Shown: positions 8,580-20,034 of the stretch, piece after piece
How positions within the stretch are numbered: position 1 is the stretch's first letter
How the letters are laid out: every line of letters begins with the position of its first letter
NCBI GenBank assembly: GCA_035530655.1
Contig: DATKUK010000102.1
Coordinates: 143,199-207,198, forward strand
Reading direction: 5' to 3'
DNA length: 64,000 nucleotides
From: Phycisphaerae bacterium
Lineage (GTDB): Bacteria > Planctomycetota > Phycisphaerae > UBA1845 > DATKUK01
Program-made: the position numbers and the translations under genes
The notes under the pieces: generated by a model
The model's input: the letters and a program-made list of their open reading frames with translations, nothing else
The model's database searches: none
Told to the model about the DNA's origin: nothing

Positions 8580-10655
8580 ATGACGGATAGCACACCAATG
8601 GTTCTGGCTGCGACGCCGGGCGAGGCGACGCAGTTCTGTCACCGTGATGGCAAGTTCTGGATCGCGCGCCTGTGCGGAATGATTACAGGGAAACAGGGCG
8701 AAGATGCCGGCCCGGCGCGCACGCAGGGCGTGGCTCTGGTCAATGCCGATGGCCGGCGTTGCGAGGGCAGCGATCTGGTGCTGGAAGGCGTGGAGGAATC
8801 GGACGGCACTGTGGTGTGCCGCTGGCGAGTCGGGGATACGCCTCTACGCCTTGCTGTGCGTTGGCAAGAGTGCCCAGACACCGGGGTCGTCAGCCGACGC
8901 GACACGCTGACGAATACGGGCGCCGCAGAGGTGGCTGTGACACGCTGCTTGGCGCGGGTGAGCTTTCCTCCCGGCCGCTACGAGTGCTACACCCAGGCGA
9001 GTCGCTGGGCCAAAGAGAACCAGGGCGCCTGGCAGCCGCTGCACGCCGGCATTGCCCTGCGACATGCATGGGGTCGTACGACCGAGGAGAGCACGCCTTA
9101 CCTGGCCATGCGCGCCATCGGCGCGCACCAGGGCGTGGTGTTCCATGTTCTGCCTTGCGGCAACTGGACGATCCGGGTGAGCCCAGTCACGGCGGGGGGT
9201 GAACTGCCGTATGCCGTGGTGGAACTGGGTCTGGCCGACGAGAACCTGCATCGGGTGCTGCAACCCGGAGAGGCGCTCGATCTGCCGGAGACCCTTTTCC
9301 AGCCCCTGCCGCAGGGCGAGCCGCATCTCGCCGCGCCGGCACTGCATCGCTATCTTCTCGCGCACCATCTCAACGGCGCCAAGGCCCAGGCGCCGGTGGT
9401 GTACAACACCTGGTTCGACCAGTTCGACACCCTGGACGTGCTCCGTTTACGTACGCAACTCGCAGTGGCGAAAGCGCTCGGGTGTGAGGTGTTTGTGATT
9501 GATGCCGGTTGGTACGGCGCGGGCGGCCCGAACTGGTCGGCGCAGGTTGGCGACTGGCGGGAGAAGACCGAGGCCGCCTTCCGCGGGAAGATGCATGGCT
9601 TTGCCGAGGAGGTCCGCGCGGCCGGATTGGGCTTTGGCCTGTGGATGGAGCCGGAGCGATTCGGCCCTGACGCCCCGATCCGCAACGAGCATCCCGAGTG
9701 GTTCGTTCCGGTGGGCGACATGGCGCGGATAGACCTTACCCAGCCGAAGGCCTACGCCTATCTGCGTAGCGAGATCGGGCGGCTGGTGGAAAACTATGGG
9801 CTTGCGTGGATGAAGATTGACTTCAACTTCAGTCTCGACGCCGACGCCTCGGGCACCGAACTTGCAGACTACACGGCAACGTGGTACCGCCTGCTCGACG
9901 AGATACGCGAGGCCTACCCCCAGACGTTCTTCGAAGGCTGCTCGAGCGGCGCCATGCGCGGTGACCTGGCCATGCTCTGCCATGTGGACGGCCACTTCCT
10001 CAGCGATACGGTCAACCCAACAGACATGCTGCGGATTTCACAGGGCGCCTGGCTGCGCCTGCCGCCCGGCAGGCTCGCGCGCTGGACCGTGTTACGTTCG
10101 GCGGGCAAGGACCTGCTGCCACAACGGAAGGGGGTTGCCGCGCCGGAGGCGATCTTGAGCCCCGGCTGGACAGGCTGGGAGTTGGCGGAAGTGGTTGACC
10201 TGGATTTTGCCCTGTTGGCCGCCATGCCCGGCATGATGGGCTTAAGCGGCGATCTGGCTGGTCTCGGGGAGGCGTCGCGAACGCGGATCGCCGAAGGCAT
10301 CGCCTTCTTCAAACATTGGCGGCGCTTCATCGCGGGTGCTGTTGCCCACTTGCTGACCCCGCCGGAACCGCTCACATCTCGCGAAGGGTGGATCGGCGTG
10401 CAACTGCAAACTCCCGGCGACGACACCAGCTTGGTGTTTCTCTATCGCCTGGGCAGCGCCGGCGCACCGCCGCAGCTGCGGCTGTATGCACTTCAGCCGG
10501 AGGCCACATATGCCGTCACGCGCGGTTTTGACGCCCGAGCGACAGGCGCGCCGTTGCGGGGGCAGGCGTTGATGACTGAGGGCCTTCCTGTCGCTGGCTT
10601 GATCGGCGGCCTTGGGTGTCCAGCAGAGATCTTCGTGGTGCGCAGGACTGTTTGA
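8580..10655 (+). CDS. alpha-galactosidase, glycoside hydrolase family 36
   Basis: The GH36 signatures are FVIDAGW, GFGLWMEPE, WMKIDFN (the nucleophile region, cf. YxKWDMN) and EGCSSGAMRGD (the acid/base region, cf. CxSGGGRxD). It is 691 aa. Confidence 0.8.
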   Translation: MTDSTPMVLAATPGEATQFCHRDGKFWIARLCGMITGKQGEDAGPARTQGVALVNADGRRCEGSDLVLEGVEESDGTVVCRWRVGDTPLRLAVRWQECPDTGVVSRRDTLTNTGAAEVAVTRCLARVSFPPGRYECYTQASRWAKENQGAWQPLHAGIALRHAWGRTTEESTPYLAMRAIGAHQGVVFHVLPCGNWTIRVSPVTAGGELPYAVVELGLADENLHRVLQPGEALDLPETLFQPLPQGEPHLAAPALHRYLLAHHLNGAKAQAPVVYNTWFDQFDTLDVLRLRTQLAVAKALGCEVFVIDAGWYGAGGPNWSAQVGDWREKTEAAFRGKMHGFAEEVRAAGLGFGLWMEPERFGPDAPIRNEHPEWFVPVGDMARIDLTQPKAYAYLRSEIGRLVENYGLAWMKIDFNFSLDADASGTELADYTATWYRLLDEIREAYPQTFFEGCSSGAMRGDLAMLCHVDGHFLSDTVNPTDMLRISQGAWLRLPPGRLARWTVLRSAGKDLLPQRKGVAAPEAILSPGWTGWELAEVVDLDFALLAAMPGMMGLSGDLAGLGEASRTRIAEGIAFFKHWRRFIAGAVAHLLTPPEPLTSREGWIGVQLQTPGDDTSLVFLYRLGSAGAPPQLRLYALQPEATYAVTRGFDARATGAPLRGQALMTEGLPVAGLIGGLGCPAEIFVVRRTV

Positions 10656-10767
10656 AGAGACGGAGATGGCCATCTTCGGCCCGGCAATACGGACTGACGC
10701 TGGCCGTTCGTCCGCCAGTGCTGCAACGGCGCGCGCAATCACCGAGCAATGGGTCAGCGAAACCCAC

Positions 10768-11354
10768 CTAATTCCGTGATGTGTCCACCGATCGCCCGTA
10801 GAGCCAGAACGCCGCGGCGACCATCGCGGCCGACAACACCAGCAGGACCGCCCGTGTGTTTGGCTCGGCGAAGACTCGCTTCCACGCTACCTGAGGAAGC
10901 CAATCCAGCGCCGCACGCCACCATGGTGTGATGGATGTACCGGACTTCGACAGGGCAGCCCCCGTCAAGCCCCCCGTGCCGACCGAGGTCTCGGGAACGA
11001 CTGTCACGCGACGCTCACCGGGCCGGCGATAGTTGAGCACCGTTTTTGCCAGCTGCTCGTTTACCGCTGGATCGCTGCGAATGGCCGCGATCGCCTGCTG
11101 TGTCTGAGCAAGCTCCCCGTCGAGCCTCGCGTACTCCGCTCGCATCAGCTCTTCCTGCTCGAGCAGGCGCTCGTGCTGCTGCGCGATGGGCACAAGAATG
11201 CACGCGGCAAACGTCGCCCCAGCCATCAGCAGCAACACCCAGAACATCAGCACGTCGCCCACCGGCTGCGGCCTTGCGCGCTCCGCCGGCGCGCGCGATG
11301 GGATCGCACGACGAAGTCCCGCGGTCACACTGCCCATGTGCCGTTTGCCGGTCA

Positions 11355-11355
<1 letters not shown>
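10768..11355 (-). CDS. FtsB/DivIC-like septum-formation-initiator family membrane protein
   Basis: It has a short cytoplasmic N-terminus, one TM helix, then a coiled coil (HERLLEQEELMRAEYARLDGELAQTQQAIAAI). It sits immediately downstream of eno with overlapping stop and start. The eno-ftsB synteny is widespread. Confidence 0.55.
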
Positions 11356-12653
<1,298 letters not shown>

Positions 12654-13124
12654 TCACCGCCGATGGGCCCTGTGGCAGTTATCGGCCCATCGACTCAAAT
12701 GCCTCAAATGTCTGACAGCCAAGGGTTTGTCACGCAATACGCAAGATTCGCCACTATAAGGCGGGGGTTGGCGGCGTCAAGAAGACGCGCTGCCGCCGGG
12801 CCAGGTGCCACGTGCTGAGGCGGCGCGGCGGTGTCTGATAATGTCGGCCAGCGGAGGTCGTAGCGCCCAACCCCTCGGCTACGAAGGGACTTAGGCGCTT
12901 TCGGCTCTTGGTCGCCAGTGGAGCGGCGGCTACAATTCGAGTAAAGAGGGGTACCGTTGCGGCAGCGACGGGATGTGCCCGGGGTGGTGTTGCGCGTGCA
13001 TTGGCTGGCTGGTGGTCTGACGCCAGCCCGAGCATGTGCGTCGCCGGGAGGCCCTGGAGGGGCAACGTGGTAATGTCCGACAAGTCCAATACCTTTAGGG
13101 AATTGGCGGAGCAAGGGCATAAAC

Positions 13125-16100
13125 ATGATTCGTAGTTTCATCGCAGGTGGCATGAGGTGGCGACTCGTTTTAACCGGCTTACTGGCATTGCCCGCCCTGA
13201 CATGCGTGCAGCCACCCGAGCGCCTCACACCGGAAACAGAGCCCTTCGATCTGAGGATTTCGGTGTCGCGGCCGGCCGAGGACGTTGTTTTCAGCGATGC
13301 CGAACCGGTCGAGATTCGCTGGTCGGACCTGGGCCCCTACGATCTGGACGGCGATGGCCGCCTGAACGACCCGCCCGATGGCTCGACAGTGATGATCCAG
13401 CTCGATCCAGACCCCAACGATCCTGACAGTGGCAATGAAATCGACGTGCTCGGCCCGTTCGATGCCGTGCCCGACGACGACCTGTACGAATTCGACGGGC
13501 TGGATGCCGACGGCGAGATCGTAGAGGCCGGCGTCTACTACGTGTTGGCGACCATGGATACGGGCGACGAGACCTTAACAGACGCGTCGCTGGGCACGAT
13601 CCGGGTGCCTCTGGCGTTCAGTGAGCCGGAGACCGACGTCGAGCTGAATATAGTGGACGACTCGACCACCATCGCCTGGACGGCCGACGACGGAGGCATT
13701 GCCGGCGGCACGGTCGACTTCGGGCTCGATCCGGACCCGGTCGATCACACCGACGAAGGCGAGGGCGAGGATGAAGATGAGAAGTACTTCCTCAAGGGCC
13801 AGCCGCTGACCGACGGCGATTTTACACTCAGCGGTGCGGTGATCGGCAGCGCGGGCATTGCAGATGGCACGTACTACCTGTTCGCCCGGATCGAACAGCC
13901 CGGATTCGACACGATGTACATCACCTCGCCGGTCCAGATCACGATCGGGGCGTTTGGCCCGCCCACGCTGGAATTCGTGGACCTGGACAATGATGTCGAG
14001 AAGATTGTGGGCGATATCGTCATTATTAAGTGGGAAGACGACGACGCTGACGACAACGCCAAGATCGATCTGTTCGTCGTTGATGACGTGACCGGGGACG
14101 AAGTGCAACTGCTTAACGATCGGCTTGAGGACGCCGACGGCTCTCAAGACAGGTACAACTGGAACACCACCGGGATGCGGCCGGCAGCGTATCGTGTGAA
14201 GGCGACCATCTCGGATGACACCTCCACGGTCGAGGTCGTGGCGGACGGGAAGATCATCCTGCGGTCGTGCACGGACTGCCCGCTCATCACCATCACGTCG
14301 CCGGCGGCGGACGTGGATGGCATGGTGATGAACAGAATTCGGATCCGTTGGCAGGACGACACCCCCGTGGCCGGTGCGAAGGTTGCGCTGTACTACGATG
14401 ATGATCCGAACCCCATGGAAGCGGCTGAAACGGGCGATCCCGAGGTGCGCATCACCCCGGTAGACGGGCTGCCGGGCAATCTGGACGGAACCGATGCCGA
14501 CAGCTTCGAATGGGTGCTGCGGCCGGACGATCTGGCCCAACCGGCCGTGCCGGGGGGGACCTATTGGATTTTCGGGTATATCGGTAAGGCGCAGGTACCT
14601 GTACCTCCAAGCATCAGCACTCACGGCTACTCCGTGGCGGCGGGTAAGGTGACGGTAGATGATTCCCCGCCGGAGTTGGAGTTCATTGGGCTGGCCGGCG
14701 ACGTCGACGCGATTGTCGGTGACACGATCATCATCGAATGGGAGGACCGGGATCCCGACGACAACGCCAAGATCGATCTGTTCGTCGTTGATGGCGTGAC
14801 CGGGGTCGAAGAGCAACTGCTCAACGACCGGCTAGAGGACGCCGACGGGCTACAGGACGAGTTCGATTGGGATACCACGGGCATGCGGCCTGCCGTGTAC
14901 CGTGTGAAGGCGATCATCTCGGATGACACCTCTACGGTTGAGGTCGTGGCCAACGGGAAGATCATCCTGCGGTCGTGTGCGGACTGCCCGCTCATCACCA
15001 TCACGTCTCCATCTGGGGATATAGACGCGACCGCGGTAGATAAGATCGAGATTACCTGGCAGGACGACACCCCCGCAGCTGGTGCGAAGGTCGCACTGTA
15101 CTACGATGATGATCCGAACCCCATGGAAGCGGCCGATCCCAACGAGACGCGTATTACTTTGGCGAGCGGGCTGCCGGGCAACCCGGACGGAACCGATTAC
15201 GATGACTTCGAGTGGGACTTGCGGCCGGAGGACCTGACCGAACCGGCGGTGCCGGCGGGTGAGTATTGGATCTTCGGCTACATCGGCAAGAGCGATGTGC
15301 CCGAGCCGCCGAGCACCGATATCGATGGTTACTCCGTCGCGGCGGGCAAGGTGACAGTGGGCAACACGCCGCCACAACTGGAGTTCACCACGCCAGGAGA
15401 CACGGACGAAACGCTCATCATCGATGATCCCAACGACCCAAACAGCACGGATCTGACGATCAAGTGGAACTCGCGCGATGCCGACGACCCGATTACGATC
15501 GAGTTGTTCATCGACCTCGACGGCAACCACGACAACGGCAACGAGCGGCCAATCAACACAGCCACGATCAATGCTGACGTCGGTCCGGAAAGCGACGAGG
15601 AAGAGTGGAACAATCCCTCGGATGGTGTTGTGGATGCTTCGGGCGCAGCCGTGCCGCCAGGTGAATACACGCTCTTCGCGCTGGTCGACGATGGCATCAA
15701 TGACCCAGTCGTTGTCGAAGCGGAAGGGAAGATTATCATCCAATCGGGTCCCGGCAGCCAGCCGCAGATTACCATGGTCGAGCCGTTGGTGGACGTATCG
15801 CCCACGGTCGGCAGCCCGATCCTCCTTTCGTGGCAGGATGACAACACCGTAGCCGGCACGAAGATCCAGCTACGCTACGATGACGATCCGATCCCCGATC
15901 AGGGCACGGAGACGGGGGACAACGAGGTCAACATCGACGCGCTTCGCGACGCCAATCCGGACGGCTCGGCGGATCAGTTCTCGTGGTCGTGGCATCCGGA
16001 CCCGAGCGTTAATCCAGCCAACATCCTCCTGCCAGCCGTGCCGGAGGGCGAGTATTACGTCTTTGGGTACATCGGCGGCGCCGACCCGGTGAACAGTCCG

Positions 16101-18359
16101 TCGTCGATCGACGTGGCAGCCGGCCGCATCCTCGTGCCCAACACCTCGCCGGAGCTGGTCTTCACCACGCCGCCCTCCGGTCAGAATCTCAACGTGCCGC
16201 TCGGGGCGGGCGCGGTCTTCGGGTTCAACTTCCGTGACGCTGAGGACGACGTTCGTGTCAAATTGTTCCTCGACCCCGATACCAACCACAGCAACGGCAA
16301 CGAGGTCCGCATCGACAAGGGCAACACCACGCTGGACTTCGACCCCAATGATCCGCGAGGACATGCCTACACGCAGAATTGGGACGGGACCAACTTCAGC
16401 GGACAGACCGTCGAAACCGGCACGTACTTCCTGTACGCAAAGCTGAACGACGATACGAACCCGGAGGTGACCGTCGAGGCTGGGGCGAGCCGGAAAGTAA
16501 ACGTGATCGGCGTGACGGCACTAGCCAGCGGAACCGGTGCTGACGTGGCCAACACCGGAGGTTCCGGTCCGTTTACCTTGATCGACGGTGGCGCTGACTT
16601 CGTGGGCGCTGGGGTCACCGAAGGAGACCGCGTCAAGATTACGGGCGGGACGGGTGCGAACGTAGGCGTCTATAGCGTGACGGCGATTGCGGCGAACATG
16701 CTGACGCTGGACGAGGATGCAGGCGACTCCGGCGGCGCGGGTAACGTCGTTTACCAGGTATTCGAGAAGGACCCGCCCACGGCAGCTGTCATCGTGATGG
16801 CCACGCCGGCCAGCAATCAGCAGGTCAGCGAGGGTGACGACGTGTCGATTACCTGGGCCGACCTGACGGCGACGGGGAGTGAGACCATTACGCTGGTCTA
16901 CTCGACCAGCAGCACGGCCGACGCCGGCGCCGAGGTCGGCGCCGCCGAAACGCTGATCCGCTCGGGCATCCAGGCGGCGTTGGACGGCGTGAATGACCAA
17001 GCCACCTGGGACACCAGCGGCATGGCGGCCGGCACTTACTACATCCACGGCAAGATTCTCGCGGGCGCGACCGTCAAGGATACGTCCACGGCCAAGGGCA
17101 GCGTTGAGATTACCGGTGCGGCTATCACCCCGTCACTGGCGTTCAGCGAACCGGCCATTGAGAAGGATGTTGTCGTGGGCGGTCCAGGTGTCGGCGACAA
17201 CGATCCGCCGTTGGGTATCATTTGGCAGTACGAGAGCGGTGCCACCGGCAACATAAGCCTGTTCATCGACCGGGACACCATCAACACCAACGGCACCGAA
17301 CGCCTGATTCTAAGCAATCGTAAGCAACCAGCAGCCCCAGCGGGCGCTACCGATAGCTTTCCGCCGGCAGGAGTGTGGAAACTCACCGACCTAGACGGAG
17401 TCGACGTGCCGACGGGCAAATACTTCATGCGCGGCGTGCTGAATGTCAGCGGCTCGAGCCCTGTATACGCGACGGCGCCGGGACGGGTCAATATCCGCAA
17501 GACGGTCGACTCGCCATTGATACTGCTGACTGCACCCGCTGCGGATATCAGTATAACGACCGCCCAGTCGCGCCAGGTCGCGATCAACTGGAATGCGGAC
17601 GACCCGGGAGGCAACGCCGAAGTACATCTCTGGTACAGCACGACCGCCAATGCAGACAACGATACGCCTCGGATCCTAGAAACTGCAACAGGTGGACCTA
17701 TCACCCGCCTGGGTGATGTCAAGAATGCTTCGGGTTTTGAGTTGGTTGATCGACGAGCTACGTTTGAAGGTATTGTGGATCCCAACGATCAGGTCAGAGT
17801 GGTCAGCGGCACGGGAGCAGTGGTCGGGACGTATACGGTTACGGAAGTCGAACGCACGGTGCTCACTCTGGATGCAGATCCCGGTGACTCGGGCGACAGC
17901 GGCGACGTAGCCTACGTAGTTGCGGATGAAGTTCTCGCGACCGGTTCAAGTGCGGACGTAAGCAACGCAGCGGGCCTCGGACCGTTCACGTTAACAGATC
18001 CTGCTGCTGCCTTTGCCGGTGTTGTGGATCCCAACGATCAGGTCAGAGTCGTCGGCGGCACAGGAACGGTGGTCGGCACGTACACCGTTACTCTTGTGGC
18101 AGATCAAGAACTAACCTTGAGTGCCAATGCGGGTGATTCTGGTCTTGCAGGCGATGTGGTCTACGTCGTCGGGCATGAAGTGCTTGCCAGTAGCGGGCGC
18201 GTTGCAGCGTCGGAAGGGACGTTCACATGGTTTATCAATCCCGGCGATCTGGCTGTGGGCACCTACTACATCCACGCGGTGATCGGCAGCGGTGCTCGAT
18301 ACATCAACGATGAGGACCGTGATACGACCCTTGGACAGCTCACGGTGAGAGCCCCATAG
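13125..18359 (+). CDS. giant repetitive secreted or surface lipoprotein (1744 aa) with acidic calcium-binding-like DxDxDG motifs and tandem beta-rich modules
   Basis: The N-terminus has a signal peptide with a lipobox-like LALPALTC. The composition is highly D/E/G/T-rich. It has about four 240-aa modules and three about 80-aa modules (DPNDQVRVVGGTG...). Confidence 0.85.
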   Translation: MIRSFIAGGMRWRLVLTGLLALPALTCVQPPERLTPETEPFDLRISVSRPAEDVVFSDAEPVEIRWSDLGPYDLDGDGRLNDPPDGSTVMIQLDPDPNDPDSGNEIDVLGPFDAVPDDDLYEFDGLDADGEIVEAGVYYVLATMDTGDETLTDASLGTIRVPLAFSEPETDVELNIVDDSTTIAWTADDGGIAGGTVDFGLDPDPVDHTDEGEGEDEDEKYFLKGQPLTDGDFTLSGAVIGSAGIADGTYYLFARIEQPGFDTMYITSPVQITIGAFGPPTLEFVDLDNDVEKIVGDIVIIKWEDDDADDNAKIDLFVVDDVTGDEVQLLNDRLEDADGSQDRYNWNTTGMRPAAYRVKATISDDTSTVEVVADGKIILRSCTDCPLITITSPAADVDGMVMNRIRIRWQDDTPVAGAKVALYYDDDPNPMEAAETGDPEVRITPVDGLPGNLDGTDADSFEWVLRPDDLAQPAVPGGTYWIFGYIGKAQVPVPPSISTHGYSVAAGKVTVDDSPPELEFIGLAGDVDAIVGDTIIIEWEDRDPDDNAKIDLFVVDGVTGVEEQLLNDRLEDADGLQDEFDWDTTGMRPAVYRVKAIISDDTSTVEVVANGKIILRSCADCPLITITSPSGDIDATAVDKIEITWQDDTPAAGAKVALYYDDDPNPMEAADPNETRITLASGLPGNPDGTDYDDFEWDLRPEDLTEPAVPAGEYWIFGYIGKSDVPEPPSTDIDGYSVAAGKVTVGNTPPQLEFTTPGDTDETLIIDDPNDPNSTDLTIKWNSRDADDPITIELFIDLDGNHDNGNERPINTATINADVGPESDEEEWNNPSDGVVDASGAAVPPGEYTLFALVDDGINDPVVVEAEGKIIIQSGPGSQPQITMVEPLVDVSPTVGSPILLSWQDDNTVAGTKIQLRYDDDPIPDQGTETGDNEVNIDALRDANPDGSADQFSWSWHPDPSVNPANILLPAVPEGEYYVFGYIGGADPVNSPSSIDVAAGRILVPNTSPELVFTTPPSGQNLNVPLGAGAVFGFNFRDAEDDVRVKLFLDPDTNHSNGNEVRIDKGNTTLDFDPNDPRGHAYTQNWDGTNFSGQTVETGTYFLYAKLNDDTNPEVTVEAGASRKVNVIGVTALASGTGADVANTGGSGPFTLIDGGADFVGAGVTEGDRVKITGGTGANVGVYSVTAIAANMLTLDEDAGDSGGAGNVVYQVFEKDPPTAAVIVMATPASNQQVSEGDDVSITWADLTATGSETITLVYSTSSTADAGAEVGAAETLIRSGIQAALDGVNDQATWDTSGMAAGTYYIHGKILAGATVKDTSTAKGSVEITGAAITPSLAFSEPAIEKDVVVGGPGVGDNDPPLGIIWQYESGATGNISLFIDRDTINTNGTERLILSNRKQPAAPAGATDSFPPAGVWKLTDLDGVDVPTGKYFMRGVLNVSGSSPVYATAPGRVNIRKTVDSPLILLTAPAADISITTAQSRQVAINWNADDPGGNAEVHLWYSTTANADNDTPRILETATGGPITRLGDVKNASGFELVDRRATFEGIVDPNDQVRVVSGTGAVVGTYTVTEVERTVLTLDADPGDSGDSGDVAYVVADEVLATGSSADVSNAAGLGPFTLTDPAAAFAGVVDPNDQVRVVGGTGTVVGTYTVTLVADQELTLSANAGDSGLAGDVVYVVGHEVLASSGRVAASEGTFTWFINPGDLAVGTYYIHAVIGSGARYINDEDRDTTLGQLTVRAP
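13960..15370 (+). repeat. near-identical tandem duplication (two modules, each about 237 aa or 710 bp) inside the giant lipoprotein gene
   Basis: Long DNA stretches recur with few changes. For example, gacaacgccaagatcgatctgttcgtcgttgatg appears at about 14056 and about 14766, and the KIILRSC[TA]DCPLITITSP block recurs. Confidence 0.7.
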
Positions 18360-18542
18360 ACGTCCGGTGTGACTATCCGTGCGCGGTATGCACGACTATC
18401 CAGGGCGGGCCCCCCGGCTCGCCCTGTTGTTTGCGCGGCAGCCGGACGGGTTGACGAGCATCCCCATGACGCGATAATGGGGCGTCGGGTTCGAGCCGGC
18501 CAATGGGGTCGAGCAGTCGGCCCGTTTTTGCCTGCGATCGCC

Positions 18543-20030
18543 ATGCCTAACTTCCTTCACCGTCGTACCCAACGCAAACAAGTACCGGTTACCGAGAAGG
18601 TAATCGGCGCGATGCTCCTGATCTTGCTGGGGGCGATTCTCGCAGCCATCTTCGTCACCGTTGCCCGCGACAGAAGCGAGCTTTTCGCCGCGCCGATCGA
18701 GCAGGCGGGGCGGCCAGATGAGTCTGAGACCCAACTGCTCGCGGGTCGACTGCTGCCCGCCTCTGCCGCCGACGAGCAATGGAAGCTCGACCCGAATTCG
18801 GTCACATCGCAGGAAGGCTCCGAAGCGGCACTGGTGTTGGGTGCTGTCTACCACACGCTCGCACCCACCCAAAGCTCGGCAAACGTCCGGATTCATCGCT
18901 TCGCGGATGCGGCTGCGGCGCGGCAGACGTTCCTGAACTATAAGCCCTTCGACGTGGAGACGGCCGAGTCGATCCTGCTTGGCCTGACCGGTCAGACTAC
19001 ACTCGGGATGGAGGATTATCTTCTCGACGACAAGGTGCGGTTCTGGAGCGGCCGTCACTACACCGAGATTCAGTACGAGGGCGCGTCGGCAGACGATCGA
19101 GCCAAAGCCGTCGCGCTGGCCGCCGCGCTGGCCGAGCGGCAATTGGCCTACGGACCGCCGGCGCCCAGTCGCAAGGCCGACCAACCCTCAGCCGAGCAGG
19201 GCCAGCAAGAAGCAGCGCTTGGAGCGGGCGTTCTCCCACCGCCGGAAGACGCCGACTGGAAAGGGCCTGAAGCCGTGCGCGTATTCGGGCCCGCCAATCT
19301 CTACGAGAAGATCAACGGCAGGGCGGGGCTCTACTTTTCATTCGGGTTCGTCAAGCTGACTTTCGGCACGTACCGCCACGCGAAGCAGGGCGAGCAATAC
19401 GTCGACTGTTACGTCTATGACATGGGCGAGTTGGAGAATGCCTTCGGCATGTTCAAGGTCGAGCAGGGGGGCGACACCGAGCCAGTCCAGATCGGCCGCG
19501 AGGGCTATGTGGCCGAAGACAGCATCTTTTTCTGGAAGGGTCCCTGCTACGTACAACTGCTCGTGCCGCAGTCGGGCCAGGCCTACAGCCGGTTCGTGCC
19601 GGCGCTGGCCGAGGCGGCGGCTGAGTTGATCGAAGACGACGGGCGCAAGCTGTGGGCCGACGCGGTGCTGCCCCAGCAGGACCGCATTGATCGCTCGTTC
19701 GCCTATGTGCGGGCCGATGCGTTCAGCCTGGACTTCCTCAAGAACGTGTACACCGCCGAGTACCAGGCGGGCGAAACGACCTGGACGCTCTTCGTTCACC
19801 GTGCGCCCGACGACCGGCAGCCTCGCGACCTGCTGAGCAAGTACGGCGAGTACCTGGCCAAGTACGGAAAGGTCGAGTCCCGATCCGAAGACTATCTGGT
19901 GGGGCATGTGAGCGGATACTACGACGCCGTCTTTGCCGACGGGCGATACTTCGCCGGGCTGAACGGCTGTGCCGATCGCGGCGTCGCCGAATCGCGTGCC
20001 CGTGCCCTGCGCGAGGCGCTCCAGGAATAG
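18543..20030 (+). CDS. membrane-anchored hypothetical protein (N-terminal TM helix, large extracytoplasmic domain)
   Basis: The start chosen is the in-frame ATG giving MPNFLHRRTQRK followed by the TM helix IGAMLLILLGAILAAIFV. It is co-directional and tightly spaced between the giant lipoprotein and the DUF362 gene. Confidence 0.6.
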   Translation: MPNFLHRRTQRKQVPVTEKVIGAMLLILLGAILAAIFVTVARDRSELFAAPIEQAGRPDESETQLLAGRLLPASAADEQWKLDPNSVTSQEGSEAALVLGAVYHTLAPTQSSANVRIHRFADAAAARQTFLNYKPFDVETAESILLGLTGQTTLGMEDYLLDDKVRFWSGRHYTEIQYEGASADDRAKAVALAAALAERQLAYGPPAPSRKADQPSAEQGQQEAALGAGVLPPPEDADWKGPEAVRVFGPANLYEKINGRAGLYFSFGFVKLTFGTYRHAKQGEQYVDCYVYDMGELENAFGMFKVEQGGDTEPVQIGREGYVAEDSIFFWKGPCYVQLLVPQSGQAYSRFVPALAEAAAELIEDDGRKLWADAVLPQQDRIDRSFAYVRADAFSLDFLKNVYTAEYQAGETTWTLFVHRAPDDRQPRDLLSKYGEYLAKYGKVESRSEDYLVGHVSGYYDAVFADGRYFAGLNGCADRGVAESRARALREALQE

Positions 20031-20034
20031 CCGT

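Noticed and set aside
13575-15743. Minus-strand ORFs of 413 and 297 aa inside the giant lipoprotein gene.
   Set aside because: They are antisense to a gene with a strong repetitive domain structure and signal peptide. Their Arg/Val-rich composition is typical of spurious GC-rich frames.
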